Origin: a virus
Lineage: Duplodnaviria; Caudoviricetes
Length of the DNA: 34,169 nucleotides
IMG/VR virus record: IMGVR_UViG_3300040733_000117
Span: 1-34,169 of that record
Strand: one strand, 5' to 3'
Of this stretch, positions 1-7,863 are shown piece by piece (position 1 is the first letter of the stretch; every line of letters begins with the position of its first letter). The notes under the pieces were generated by a model. That model searched no databases, had not been told where the DNA came from, and saw only the letters and a list, made by a program, of their open reading frames with translations. A program made the translations under genes and the position numbers.

Positions 1-1410
1 ATGAGCGAACGTATACCACCGCAGAAAATTGACGCAGAGCAGGGCTTGATAGGCGCCTGCCTCATCACAGGAGATATGCCTGCAGACATCTCCCCTGAGA
101 GCTTTTATCGCTCCTCTCACGCCGAGATATATCGGGCGATACAGCAGGTGTCTGCCCTAGGGGAGCCAGTGGACGCGCTCAGCATATCCGACGAGCTCAG
201 GCGACAGGGTAAGTATGACGAGATAGGAGGCAGGGGATATCTTGAGCATCTTATCGCCGCTACTCCCACTGCCTCCAATGCCGATTATTATGCCGGCCTG
301 GTTCGAGAGGCTGCAGATCGCCGGGCGATCATCCAGCTTGCGTGCGAGCTCGCCAGCCAAGCATACGACGAGCAACAGGCGACAGCCACCCAGATCGCCG
401 AGTATGGCTGCAAGAAACTCCTTTCCATCTCGCACAGGAGGAATGGAGCGGCAATCAGGCCACTGGCTCAGGGTATATCAGAGTTTTATCAGCGCTTCAG
501 CGAGTGCTATCCCGAGGGTATCTCGACCATGCAATACATTCCCACGGGCGTGAAATCATTTGATGGGCTTGTCGGAGGCTTCCCGAGAGGTGAGCTCGCG
601 ATTCTGGCTGCCCGGCCTGGGATGGGCAAGACGGCCTTCATCCTCAATATGGCGGACAACATCGCGCAGCGTGGGAATTGCTGCTATCTGGTGTCATCGG
701 AGCAATCAGAGGATATAACCCTGCTCAGGATGATTGCGCGGCAGGGCAATATCGAGAGTAATTGTGTGAAGTTTGGGCCCATCGGCGAGACAATCGCTGT
801 GCGCGTCAAACTGGCGTGTGATGAGCTTGTCAAACGGCAGATATTTTACAAGTGCGACAGCATAAGCGTGGCGGAATTAAGAAATGATCTGCAGCTTTTG
901 GCCGTGCAGAACGGGAAGTTTCCTGATGCAGTATTTATCGACCGCATAGAGTATTTCAGGGAGCTCGACACCGTGCTGGATTCCGCTCAGCGAGTCATCG
1001 CCCTGGGCGAGATCTCCAAGCAGCTCGCACGCCTGGCGCAGGAACTCAACATCCCGATCATTCTCATCCAGCAACTTTCCCGTGAGTGTGAGAAGCGGCC
1101 TGATAAGCGGCCCACACTGCGGGATCTCCGAGCCTCGGGGATGGTTGAAGAGAACGCGAAGTTAGTGATTTTCCTTTATAGGGATGAGTATTACGGCATT
1201 ATGCAAGACAAGAAGGGGCGTAGCAGAGAGGGGATCTGTGAGGTAATAATCGGCAAGCAGAATAACGGAGCTCTCGGGACAATCGAGATGAGTTTCCGTA
1301 AGGAGATACCTGGATTCTATGAATTGGAGCGGAGATACGATGACAACAACACTTCAGATGAATCAGCTCAGACGCCGAGTAGCGATGAAGGTCAATGGTG
1401 GGGCAAGTAG
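1..1410 (+). CDS. dnaB: DnaB-like replicative helicase (divergent)
   Basis: N-terminal domain PPQKIDAEQGLIG...FYRSSHAEIY; Walker A AARPGMGKT; QLSR..EKRPDKRP..DLR.SG and LYRDEYY motifs; several catalytic motifs deviate (see findings). Confidence 0.93.
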   Translation: MSERIPPQKIDAEQGLIGACLITGDMPADISPESFYRSSHAEIYRAIQQVSALGEPVDALSISDELRRQGKYDEIGGRGYLEHLIAATPTASNADYYAGLVREAADRRAIIQLACELASQAYDEQQATATQIAEYGCKKLLSISHRRNGAAIRPLAQGISEFYQRFSECYPEGISTMQYIPTGVKSFDGLVGGFPRGELAILAARPGMGKTAFILNMADNIAQRGNCCYLVSSEQSEDITLLRMIARQGNIESNCVKFGPIGETIAVRVKLACDELVKRQIFYKCDSISVAELRNDLQLLAVQNGKFPDAVFIDRIEYFRELDTVLDSAQRVIALGEISKQLARLAQELNIPIILIQQLSRECEKRPDKRPTLRDLRASGMVEENAKLVIFLYRDEYYGIMQDKKGRSREGICEVIIGKQNNGALGTIEMSFRKEIPGFYELERRYDDNNTSDESAQTPSSDEGQWWGK

Positions 1411-1645
1411 TGAATCATCGGCCCTCATTGCGGCGCGTGAGTCGCTCAAGTTGACGATTGCTGATTTTATCAATGCAAAGCTCAGTGATGGTGATGCAAA
1501 AGTGGCTATACAGGCTCTGAGATGTGCCATCAGTATGAGCAGAGATGAGTTTTATGTACTGGTTGAGCAGGTTGGACATTGGGAAGTTGAAAGACTGCTC
1601 CTTAAATACTGGCTTCTAACTAACGAAGGGAGGGACACAGTGTAA
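1340..1645 (+). CDS. Hypothetical phage protein
   Basis: In-frame ATG at 1340 after GGAG within the 1319..1645 ORF; stop overlaps next start (TAATG). Confidence 0.6.
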   Translation: MTTTLQMNQLRRRVAMKVNGGASSESSALIAARESLKLTIADFINAKLSDGDAKVAIQALRCAISMSRDEFYVLVEQVGHWEVERLLLKYWLLTNEGRDTV

Positions 1646-1821
1646 TGGACTCCGTAACGGTAGAGCGTTTCATCACATCGAGAGACCATCAGCAGACGCT
1701 GTATGCTTATAGCGACACGATCATGAAGGCGCTGGCATACTGCGCCGTGACGAGTAAGGGCAAATTCGCTGAGAGCTGTCAGGAAGTATGGCAGAAATTG
1801 GCAGACACAAAGGAGATATGA
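1645..1821 (+). CDS. Small hypothetical protein, 58 aa (MDSVTVERFITSRDH...LADTKEI); not in ORF track
   Basis: GGGAGG RBS, TAATG overlap upstream, ATGA overlap with ssb downstream. Confidence 0.6.
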   Translation: MDSVTVERFITSRDHQQTLYAYSDTIMKALAYCAVTSKGKFAESCQEVWQKLADTKEI

Positions 1822-2267
1822 TAACAATGTCAAGCTATAATCACATCGTTCTTATCGGGCGGGTGGCCGCTCAGCCCGAGCAGAGGTATACCCAGACTGG
1901 CAAGCCGGTTACCACTTTCAACCTGGCTGTCAATCGCCCGGCAGCGAAAGACCAGCATCCAGAGGCCGACTTCATTCCCATCGTCGCCTGGCAGAAACTC
2001 GCTGAGATCTGTTCGAACTATCTGGAAAAGGGACAACTTATCGTGATTGATGGGAGATTGTCAACTCGTTCGTATACCACACAAGACGGGCAGAAGCGAA
2101 AGGTATATGAGGTTGTGGCGAACACGATGCGGATGCTCGGGCGCAAGAGCGAAAACAACGGCAATGGTAACGGCAACGGAAGCCAGGCCGAGAGTGACGC
2201 CCAGTGGGGCCCTGAACAGTTTGACCAGGCGGCTGCAGCGGTGATGGAAGACGACGCGCCATTTTAA
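1818..2267 (+). CDS. ssb: Single-stranded DNA-binding protein
   Basis: NHIVLIGR..AQPEQRYTQTGKPV..FNLAVNR..ADFIPIVAW.KLAE..YLEKGQ..IDGRL..RSY OB-fold; Gly/Asn linker; acidic tail EDDAPF; start may be 1827. Confidence 0.97.
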   Translation: MITMSSYNHIVLIGRVAAQPEQRYTQTGKPVTTFNLAVNRPAAKDQHPEADFIPIVAWQKLAEICSNYLEKGQLIVIDGRLSTRSYTTQDGQKRKVYEVVANTMRMLGRKSENNGNGNGNGSQAESDAQWGPEQFDQAAAAVMEDDAPF

Positions 2268-2276
2268 GGAGGGAGT

Positions 2277-2453
2277 ATGAGCCCTGAAACGATTTCAATC
2301 AAGCGCAAAGATCTTGAAGCGTGGCTTGAACTGGTTGAATTGTTCGGCTGCGATGGATGCAGCGGAAGGGGCAACTGTCGGGAGTGTGGGATGACGAGCA
2401 CAAAGCGCCTGATGCGGAAGTATCTCAAGAGGCAGGAGGTGCTCAATGCCTAA
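2277..2453 (+). CDS. Small zinc-finger-like protein, 58 aa (CDGC..CREC); not in ORF track
   Basis: AAGGAGG RBS; translation MSPETISIKRKDLEAWLELVELFGCDGCSGRGNCRECGM...; overlaps next gene. Confidence 0.65.
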   Translation: MSPETISIKRKDLEAWLELVELFGCDGCSGRGNCRECGMTSTKRLMRKYLKRQEVLNA

Positions 2454-2643
2454 ACTGGAGAGAATTGACAGAGGGGATCGTTTCACTGACTACCGATATG
2501 GGAAATACGAGATATGTCAATATCAACATACGCGCACCACAAAGCGATTCCTTATTTTGAATGAGCATGGATCACGGATTGGTTCCGACAAGACCCTGAA
2601 AGGCGCAACGGAGATTATCGACAAACTGGAGGGATGGAAGTGA
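2446..2643 (+). CDS. Hypothetical phage protein, 65 aa
   Basis: AGGAGGT RBS; fits the operon with overlaps at both ends. Confidence 0.65.
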   Translation: MPKLERIDRGDRFTDYRYGKYEICQYQHTRTTKRFLILNEHGSRIGSDKTLKGATEIIDKLEGWK

Positions 2644-2783
2644 AACAAGCATTTGAAGCGATGAAAACCATCAGATGCCCTCATTGTGGCACCAGATATA
2701 TCACTACTTCAGATATCGCGTATTTTTTCACCTGCTTCAATTGTGGAGCGGTAGTAGACTGGATTAATGCGGAGGTAGCATGA
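2640..2783 (+). CDS. Small zinc-ribbon protein, 47 aa (CPHC...CFNC); not in ORF track
   Basis: GGAGG RBS, GTGA overlap upstream, ATGA overlap downstream; two CxxC pairs. Confidence 0.65.
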   Translation: MKQAFEAMKTIRCPHCGTRYITTSDIAYFFTCFNCGAVVDWINAEVA

Positions 2784-4279
2784 GCACAAAAGCTGAGATA
2801 TTGGGATGCGAATATGAGACAGGGATGTGTGAGCATTACATCCCAGGCGACGGGAAAGTCATCAATGGCGTGGTGAGATACCCTGGGATTGGCAACGTTC
2901 CGATGGGACACGGGAGATGCCTGCAGGCCGACAAAATGATCTCCAGGATAGTTGCCTGCCCCGTAACCGGAAAGAGCGCCAAGAAGCAGACGAAGGTGGA
3001 GCGTTTCGGCTGTATCAAATCGATATGTAAGCATTACGCGACACTGGATCGCAACGTGCCTTGTTGTCTTCTTGTTGGGGAGTATTCAGCTATCAATGCC
3101 CTCCACGAGTGCCCGAAGACGAAGCAGCAGTCACTCATCAAGAGAAGGATTGAAGAGTGGGGACAAGAGGAGCCTCCCAACTGGGAGATCACCCCGAAGC
3201 AGCGTGAAGAGTTTTCCGAGCAGGCTTCGCAGCCAGAGCTCACCCAGGAAGAGCTCGCTCAGAAGCGGATGGCTGAATATGGATGCAAGGACTGTGTCAA
3301 TTATAACGATTCTCAGAATGGTCATATTTGTAAGGGCCAAGATCCTAAAAGCCAAAATAGACTTTTCAAACCCATCTCTATGGTCGAGGCATGCCCTGAC
3401 CGTAGAACACATGACAATCCATGGTCACAAACCTTTTGCGGGGGTCATTCGATAGTCCCTGCCGGAAAAGAGCGCTGGGATTACCGCACCCTGCCAGGCG
3501 ACATTCGAGCAGTCGATTACTGGTATGACGTGGACGGTAAGGATGTATTCGAGACAACATGTGTCAATCTGGAGGATTGCAGAAAAGCACGGGACCGGTA
3601 CTTCGAGGATGAAGCTCGGAGGGCACGGGAGATTCCCCAAGAAAAGGCCCCTCCTCCCGTGCAGGCTCTCCCGATGAGAATTCTCGCCCTGGACGTGAGC
3701 ACCAAGTGTACCGGCTGGGCTCTGCGCGAGGGAGACAAGATCATTGAGCACGGCAGCATCAAAGCCACTGGCGATGACACAGAGAAGCGCAAGGAGATAA
3801 TGCGCCAGGGCGTCATCAATTACTGCCTGGGTGAGCCCCTAAACTGTGTGCTGATGGAACGCTCTTTTATCCAGCATAATGACCCATCACGTATTGTCTG
3901 CGAAATGCAAGGGATCCTGAAAAACCTCATCCATAGAGTAGGTTTCAAGCTCCTGGAGCCGAGCCCGACGACATGGAGGGCAGTCTGCCCCGGGAGTGGC
4001 AAGTGCGACAAGGTCGCTTCCGTGGAGTTTGCCAGGCTAAAGGGGTATGTCTTCGAATCTGAGGATGAGGCAGAAGCCATCTGTATGGCGTTTTCTTTTG
4101 GGCCTCAACTTATGGCTAGTTTGGAAGAATCAAAAAAGGCAAAGGAGAAGAAGAAAAATGGCAAGAGCAAAGGCAAAGAAGGAAACGGGAATAATAATCA
4201 CGGGTCAAACGGGGGTAATCGTGGAAGAGCTGCCGCTCGAATTGCAGTTCCCAGCGGTGCAGCCCCAGCCGCTCAATGA
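2780..4279 (+). CDS. Multidomain protein: three Cys-rich repeats, DUF3873-like segment, C-terminal RuvC-like Holliday junction resolvase domain
   Basis: RuvC-like from 3674: MRILALDVSTKCTGWA, VLMERS, SPTTWR, DEAEAICMA (RNase H fold acidic residues); GGAGGT RBS. Confidence 0.8.
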   Translation: MSTKAEILGCEYETGMCEHYIPGDGKVINGVVRYPGIGNVPMGHGRCLQADKMISRIVACPVTGKSAKKQTKVERFGCIKSICKHYATLDRNVPCCLLVGEYSAINALHECPKTKQQSLIKRRIEEWGQEEPPNWEITPKQREEFSEQASQPELTQEELAQKRMAEYGCKDCVNYNDSQNGHICKGQDPKSQNRLFKPISMVEACPDRRTHDNPWSQTFCGGHSIVPAGKERWDYRTLPGDIRAVDYWYDVDGKDVFETTCVNLEDCRKARDRYFEDEARRAREIPQEKAPPPVQALPMRILALDVSTKCTGWALREGDKIIEHGSIKATGDDTEKRKEIMRQGVINYCLGEPLNCVLMERSFIQHNDPSRIVCEMQGILKNLIHRVGFKLLEPSPTTWRAVCPGSGKCDKVASVEFARLKGYVFESEDEAEAICMAFSFGPQLMASLEESKKAKEKKKNGKSKGKEGNGNNNHGSNGGNRGRAAARIAVPSGAAPAAQ

Positions 4280-5246
4280 CGAGCTCCCTCAGCCCTGGGC
4301 GAGTGTGCCGGGGGAAGTGCCGGCTGAAGAGCCTGCCCTGGCAACAAAGTGCACGGCCTGTGGCAAGATACTCACAGGCGATGAATATTACCTCAAGGAC
4401 GGCGAGAGGTCTTGCTGGTATACCGTGAAAGGCAATGCATATTGTAAGAAGTGCTATCCTGCTGCGAGTGAGGCGCTCCTCAATTCAATTGAAGGGCAAC
4501 CGATGTCGACTGAAGAGCCTGCCCAGGAGCGTCCGCTCATGAAACCGGCTTGCAAAGTCTGTGGAAAGATCCTGGCAGAAGACGATGTCTTTCCAGAGAA
4601 CGGTGAAACATACTGCTGGAGCCACTATCCTTCACGGCAAGAGATCACTGCAGAGCTGGAGGCTGCTACGGAAAGACTGGCGGCAGAAAAAGCTCAGGCA
4701 GAACCTGCGCCTGTCACTGAGGCTCCCCAGGAGGAAGCTCCGGCAGGGCCTCAGGCAGAGCTCCCAACAGAGCCTGCTATTGAGAAATCTCCTGTGAAGC
4801 GTGAGCTCTCGGAGGTGCTTCAGGAGACATTGGAGGCCATGGGATACTCGGAAGACTATATACGAAAAGTGTATGAAACAGCCGTGCTGGAGCTTGGTAA
4901 AATTGAGGACAAGATCGCCTCCTGGTCGGAAAAGCGGTTCGCCAAGAAAGAGCTCATCGCCGAGATCGAGGAGCACTTTTCCTTCGTGAGAGTGGCGAAG
5001 GAAAACCTGAGCGGGTATGTCCAGGGAAAGCTCGGCCTGGTCTTCGACGAGGAGCCTGCCCCTGAAGATCTGCCGGTGGAGCCGGAGGCCTGCGCCGAGA
5101 TCGCTGAGGCTGCTCCGGCGGAAGAGCTCCCCGAGCTCCAGGAGCCAGTCCAGGAAGAGGAGCTCTCGGAATCCGAGAAAGCGCTCGGGGAATTGATTGA
5201 CGCCCTGGACGCTGAGGCTGGCAACGAGGAAGATGCTCCATTCTGA
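4158..5246 (+). CDS. Acidic hypothetical protein with two LIM-like Cys clusters and SSB-like C-terminus (EEDAPF)
   Basis: In-frame ATG 4158 after AAGGAG; CTACGKIL..CKKCY and CKVCGKIL..YCWSHY; Glu/Pro-rich linkers. Confidence 0.75.
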   Translation: MARAKAKKETGIIITGQTGVIVEELPLELQFPAVQPQPLNDELPQPWASVPGEVPAEEPALATKCTACGKILTGDEYYLKDGERSCWYTVKGNAYCKKCYPAASEALLNSIEGQPMSTEEPAQERPLMKPACKVCGKILAEDDVFPENGETYCWSHYPSRQEITAELEAATERLAAEKAQAEPAPVTEAPQEEAPAGPQAELPTEPAIEKSPVKRELSEVLQETLEAMGYSEDYIRKVYETAVLELGKIEDKIASWSEKRFAKKELIAEIEEHFSFVRVAKENLSGYVQGKLGLVFDEEPAPEDLPVEPEACAEIAEAAPAEELPELQEPVQEEELSESEKALGELIDALDAEAGNEEDAPF

Positions 5247-5254
5247 GGTGAGAC

Positions 5255-6064
5255 GTGAAACATAAACTCTCTGACCGCTCCCCAGAATTTCAGCAGCGCT
5301 GGCATGAAGTGTTCGCCCATGAATGGGGGATCTATAATCTGGCATCACTGCTGATGGGGAGCGGCAAGAGACAGGGGCCGGGAGGAGAGATTGTGGATGA
5401 CGGGATAAGGCGAGAGAAGAGGAGGAAGACGGGGATGACAATAGTTGTAGATGGAAACGTGAAATGTATGGATTGCAGAATTGGTGAATCCGATGGAATT
5501 GGGGGCTTCTACTGTCCAGAGAAAAATCAGGAGATTCATGGGAAAGATGCCGAGACCCCGAGGAAGTGCAATTATTTTCAGCCGAGAGAAGATGATTTGG
5601 AGATCGCGGATGCATCGGAACAAGAGGAGTATTACTTGCAGCAGGTAGATCAAGGTGCCAAGAAGATGCCAGAGGAGCCGAAGCGCAAGAAGACCATGGC
5701 TGATATCGCAGCGATGGGGCGCGAGGCACTAAGAAAGAAACGGGAAGAGATGAGAAAGGGCATCCAGGAAAAGGTGGTCGAGAAACGGACGAAAGCGGGT
5801 GGCAATGGGAAGGTAGCGCCTGTAACGAAGCCCCCCATGGAGCTTACAGGGCCAAAGCCCGCTCCCTCTGAGCTCAATGTCACTATCACCCCCTCTCCGA
5901 TCGAACAGCGCTTCAACGAGCTCAAGAAGCCTAAAAAGGAACAATTACAAGATATGCTCGGATCCTTCACCGTCCGCGAGCTCATGCAGGCGGGCGGGGT
6001 GCAGCTGCTCCTGCAGGTCGGGGCAATGATGGATACGCTTGAGGGGAAGGGGCGTGCAGCGTGA
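5255..6064 (+). CDS. Hypothetical phage protein with Cys cluster (CMDC..C..C)
   Basis: GAGGTG RBS before GTG; GTGA overlap with next gene. Confidence 0.65.
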   Translation: MKHKLSDRSPEFQQRWHEVFAHEWGIYNLASLLMGSGKRQGPGGEIVDDGIRREKRRKTGMTIVVDGNVKCMDCRIGESDGIGGFYCPEKNQEIHGKDAETPRKCNYFQPREDDLEIADASEQEEYYLQQVDQGAKKMPEEPKRKKTMADIAAMGREALRKKREEMRKGIQEKVVEKRTKAGGNGKVAPVTKPPMELTGPKPAPSELNVTITPSPIEQRFNELKKPKKEQLQDMLGSFTVRELMQAGGVQLLLQVGAMMDTLEGKGRAA

Positions 6065-6366
6065 AAGTCCGAGTGAAAATTGACGGCAAGTATCAAGAAG
6101 TCCACGTGAGTGACCGTGACTGCCCCAAGAGGCCCTGTTTCGGCTATCACCATTACCAACACAGAGGATCGACTGGCACAGCGAACGGCACCAAGTGCTC
6201 TGGGACGGACAGCTATCTGTCTTGTCCTCATCGCAATTATCACGGCTGCCCGCAGCCGAAGCCAGAGCCGGAAAAGCCAAAAGAGCTGAACTGCACAGAC
6301 TGCGCGTGTGAATCGCCAATGCAGCCCTGTGAAGCCTGTGGGAACAGGAGAGGGAGAAAGAAATGA
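6061..6366 (+). CDS. Cys/His-rich hypothetical protein
   Basis: Operonic overlaps; CPKRPC, CPH..GCP, CTDC..CEAC. Confidence 0.6.
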   Translation: MKVRVKIDGKYQEVHVSDRDCPKRPCFGYHHYQHRGSTGTANGTKCSGTDSYLSCPHRNYHGCPQPKPEPEKPKELNCTDCACESPMQPCEACGNRRGRKK

Positions 6367-6512
6367 AAGATTTTTCCGAAGTCCGTTGCTTGAAATGCCG
6401 ACAGAAGCCAAAGCGTGTATACATCCTCGATGGGAAAATATTCTGCTCATCGTGTTACAAGAAGATTCTGGAGATGAGAAAAGCGGGTCCGCTGGTGAAA
6501 CTGAAAAGTTAA
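6363..6512 (+). CDS. Small zinc-finger protein, 49 aa (CLKC...FCSSCY); not in ORF track
   Basis: AGGGAG RBS, ATGA overlap; MKDFSEVRCLKCRQKPKRVYILDGKIFCSSCYKK... Confidence 0.6.
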   Translation: MKDFSEVRCLKCRQKPKRVYILDGKIFCSSCYKKILEMRKAGPLVKLKS

Positions 6513-6628
6513 GGAGGTGATGCCTATAGACATTGGAAAACGCTGAATATCTATAGGGAGAGCATGAGGGGGAGAGCCTGAAGTGATGGTCGGGTTCTCT
6601 GCCCTCAAAAACATATTCGAGGAGGTGG

Positions 6629-7060
6629 ATGGTGGAAGCGGAATGGTTCGACGTAACATATATCGAAACGGACGACAGAAATACAATATCGATAGAAATT
6701 GAATGTCCTAAGTGCTATGGCAGACTTACCGCAGATGGGGATTTCCACCATATACATGATAGGGTGAAATTCAAGCCGATACTGCAATGTCACTGGTGCT
6801 GTTATGATTTTCAGCCTGAAGGCGGCCTGGTGCCTGCTCGCAAAAACGGAAAGAGCAGGCAGGCTTTCATCTGGCTTAACATTGCAACTAATCAGGAGAA
6901 GACTCGATTGAACCGAGACATCAGGGCTTGCTATTACGAGGAGGCCAACAGACTTGACCATCTCCCCGACAACATGATCAGTTCGGGAAGTAATAACGGG
7001 AAAGCGCATAAAGAGAAGAAGAAATGGTCTCCTCTTGACAAATATTCAGAGGGTGCATAG
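6629..7060 (+). CDS. Zinc-ribbon protein immediately upstream of the late promoter (possible late regulator)
   Basis: GAGGAGGT RBS (start may be GTG 6632); CPKC...CHWC; last gene before the promoter; regulatory role is inference only. Confidence 0.65.
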   Translation: MVEAEWFDVTYIETDDRNTISIEIECPKCYGRLTADGDFHHIHDRVKFKPILQCHWCCYDFQPEGGLVPARKNGKSRQAFIWLNIATNQEKTRLNRDIRACYYEEANRLDHLPDNMISSGSNNGKAHKEKKKWSPLDKYSEGA

Positions 7061-7088
7061 AAAAAGAGAAGCGCGATCTATCTTGAGG

Positions 7089-7108
7089 GATAACTGCGCC
7101 GATAACTG
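7089..7108. repeat. Direct repeat GATAACTG x2 (12-bp period) just upstream of the -35 box
   Basis: GATAACTG at 7089-7096 and 7101-7108. Confidence 0.6.
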
Positions 7109-7119
7109 AGAGTGGGGGC

Positions 7120-7148
7120 TTGACAAGTCGTAAAACCTGTGATATATT
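7120..7148 (+). promoter_or_regulatory. Sigma70/SigA-type late promoter
   Basis: TTGACA 7120-7125, 17-nt spacer, extended -10 TG-A-TATATT 7140-7148. Confidence 0.85.
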
Positions 7149-7163
7149 CAGAAATAGAGGTAT

Positions 7164-7200
7164 GCCCTGGAGCCAGATGGCCCGAGGGCTTTTTTATTTT
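7164..7200 (+). terminator. Intrinsic terminator just downstream of the late promoter
   Basis: GCCCTGGAGCC-AGAT-GGCCCGAGGGC bulged hairpin followed by TTTTTTATTTT. Confidence 0.75.
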
Positions 7201-7217
7201 CCCCGAAAGGCTTTGCG

Positions 7218-7367
7218 ATGAGCCCTCGCTGCTGTGAATGTCAATACTGTGTTCATCGCGGCGGGAAGCATGTCTGCCAGCTCACCGAACGGGAGGTCAG
7301 GGACAGACAGGAGGCCTGCAAGATGTTTGAGATCTGGCGGGGATGGAAGCCGGAATGGGACAACTGA
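7218..7367 (+). CDS. Small Cys-rich protein, 49 aa (MSPRCCECQYCVHRGGKHVCQL...EACKMF); not in ORF track
   Basis: GAAAGG RBS; CxxCxxC..C..C pattern; stop overlaps the RBS of terS. Confidence 0.55.
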   Translation: MSPRCCECQYCVHRGGKHVCQLTEREVRDRQEACKMFEIWRGWKPEWDN

Positions 7368-7380
7368 GGAGAGGGTCTAT

Positions 7381-7863
7381 GTGAAAAAGAAAAAAGTTCC
7401 TAAAAGTTCCACCTTTAAGAGGCCGAGCACAAGGGAAAAATTGATTGAACTCCGCACCAATCCTGATAATTGGAATAGGACTCAAAAGGAAATAGCGGAA
7501 CTCTTGGGGGTCACAGACAGATATGTCAGAGAGCTTGAATCTGACGACGCTTTCTGGGAAGAAGTCTTTGCCCGAAACAAGCGTAATGCCAAAGGTAAGG
7601 ATGCGGCAATCTGGCGGGCAATGACAAAAGAAGCAATAGACGGCTCATTCTTCCAACAGAAGCTCTACTTTGAGATGACGGGGCAGTATATCCAGAAGCA
7701 GGTACATCAAGGGGACAAAAATAATCCGGTAAGGGTTGAGGGAGAACTCACTATCAAGCAATTGATAGACAGGATGAGTGAGGATGAAATCAGGGATAGG
7801 CTCGAAGACATGGAATCAGCTGAAAAACGAGCTAAAGAAAGGCCTGGAAAGAAAGGCAACTGA
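7381..7863 (+). CDS. terS: Terminase small subunit (HTH, phBC6A51-like)
   Basis: GTG 7381 after GAGGAG; HTH QKEIAELLGVTDRYVRELE; AI.GS...QKLYFEMTGQY; directly upstream of and overlapping TerL. Confidence 0.8.
   Translation: MKKKKVPKSSTFKRPSTREKLIELRTNPDNWNRTQKEIAELLGVTDRYVRELESDDAFWEEVFARNKRNAKGKDAAIWRAMTKEAIDGSFFQQKLYFEMTGQYIQKQVHQGDKNNPVRVEGELTIKQLIDRMSEDEIRDRLEDMESAEKRAKERPGKKGN

Noticed and set aside
4632-6450. Long minus-strand ORFs (365 aa and 266 aa)
   Set aside because: Antisense shadows of well-supported + strand genes; Ser/Leu/Arg-rich with no recognisable motifs
7035-7063. Second TTGACA with TAGAAA 17 nt downstream
   Set aside because: The -10 box lacks the conserved final T and the site overlaps coding sequence; much weaker than the 7120 promoter
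7234-7380. N-terminal extension of TerS in the ORF track
   Set aside because: A better RBS precedes GTG 7381, and the region is better explained by the 7218..7367 Cys-rich ORF
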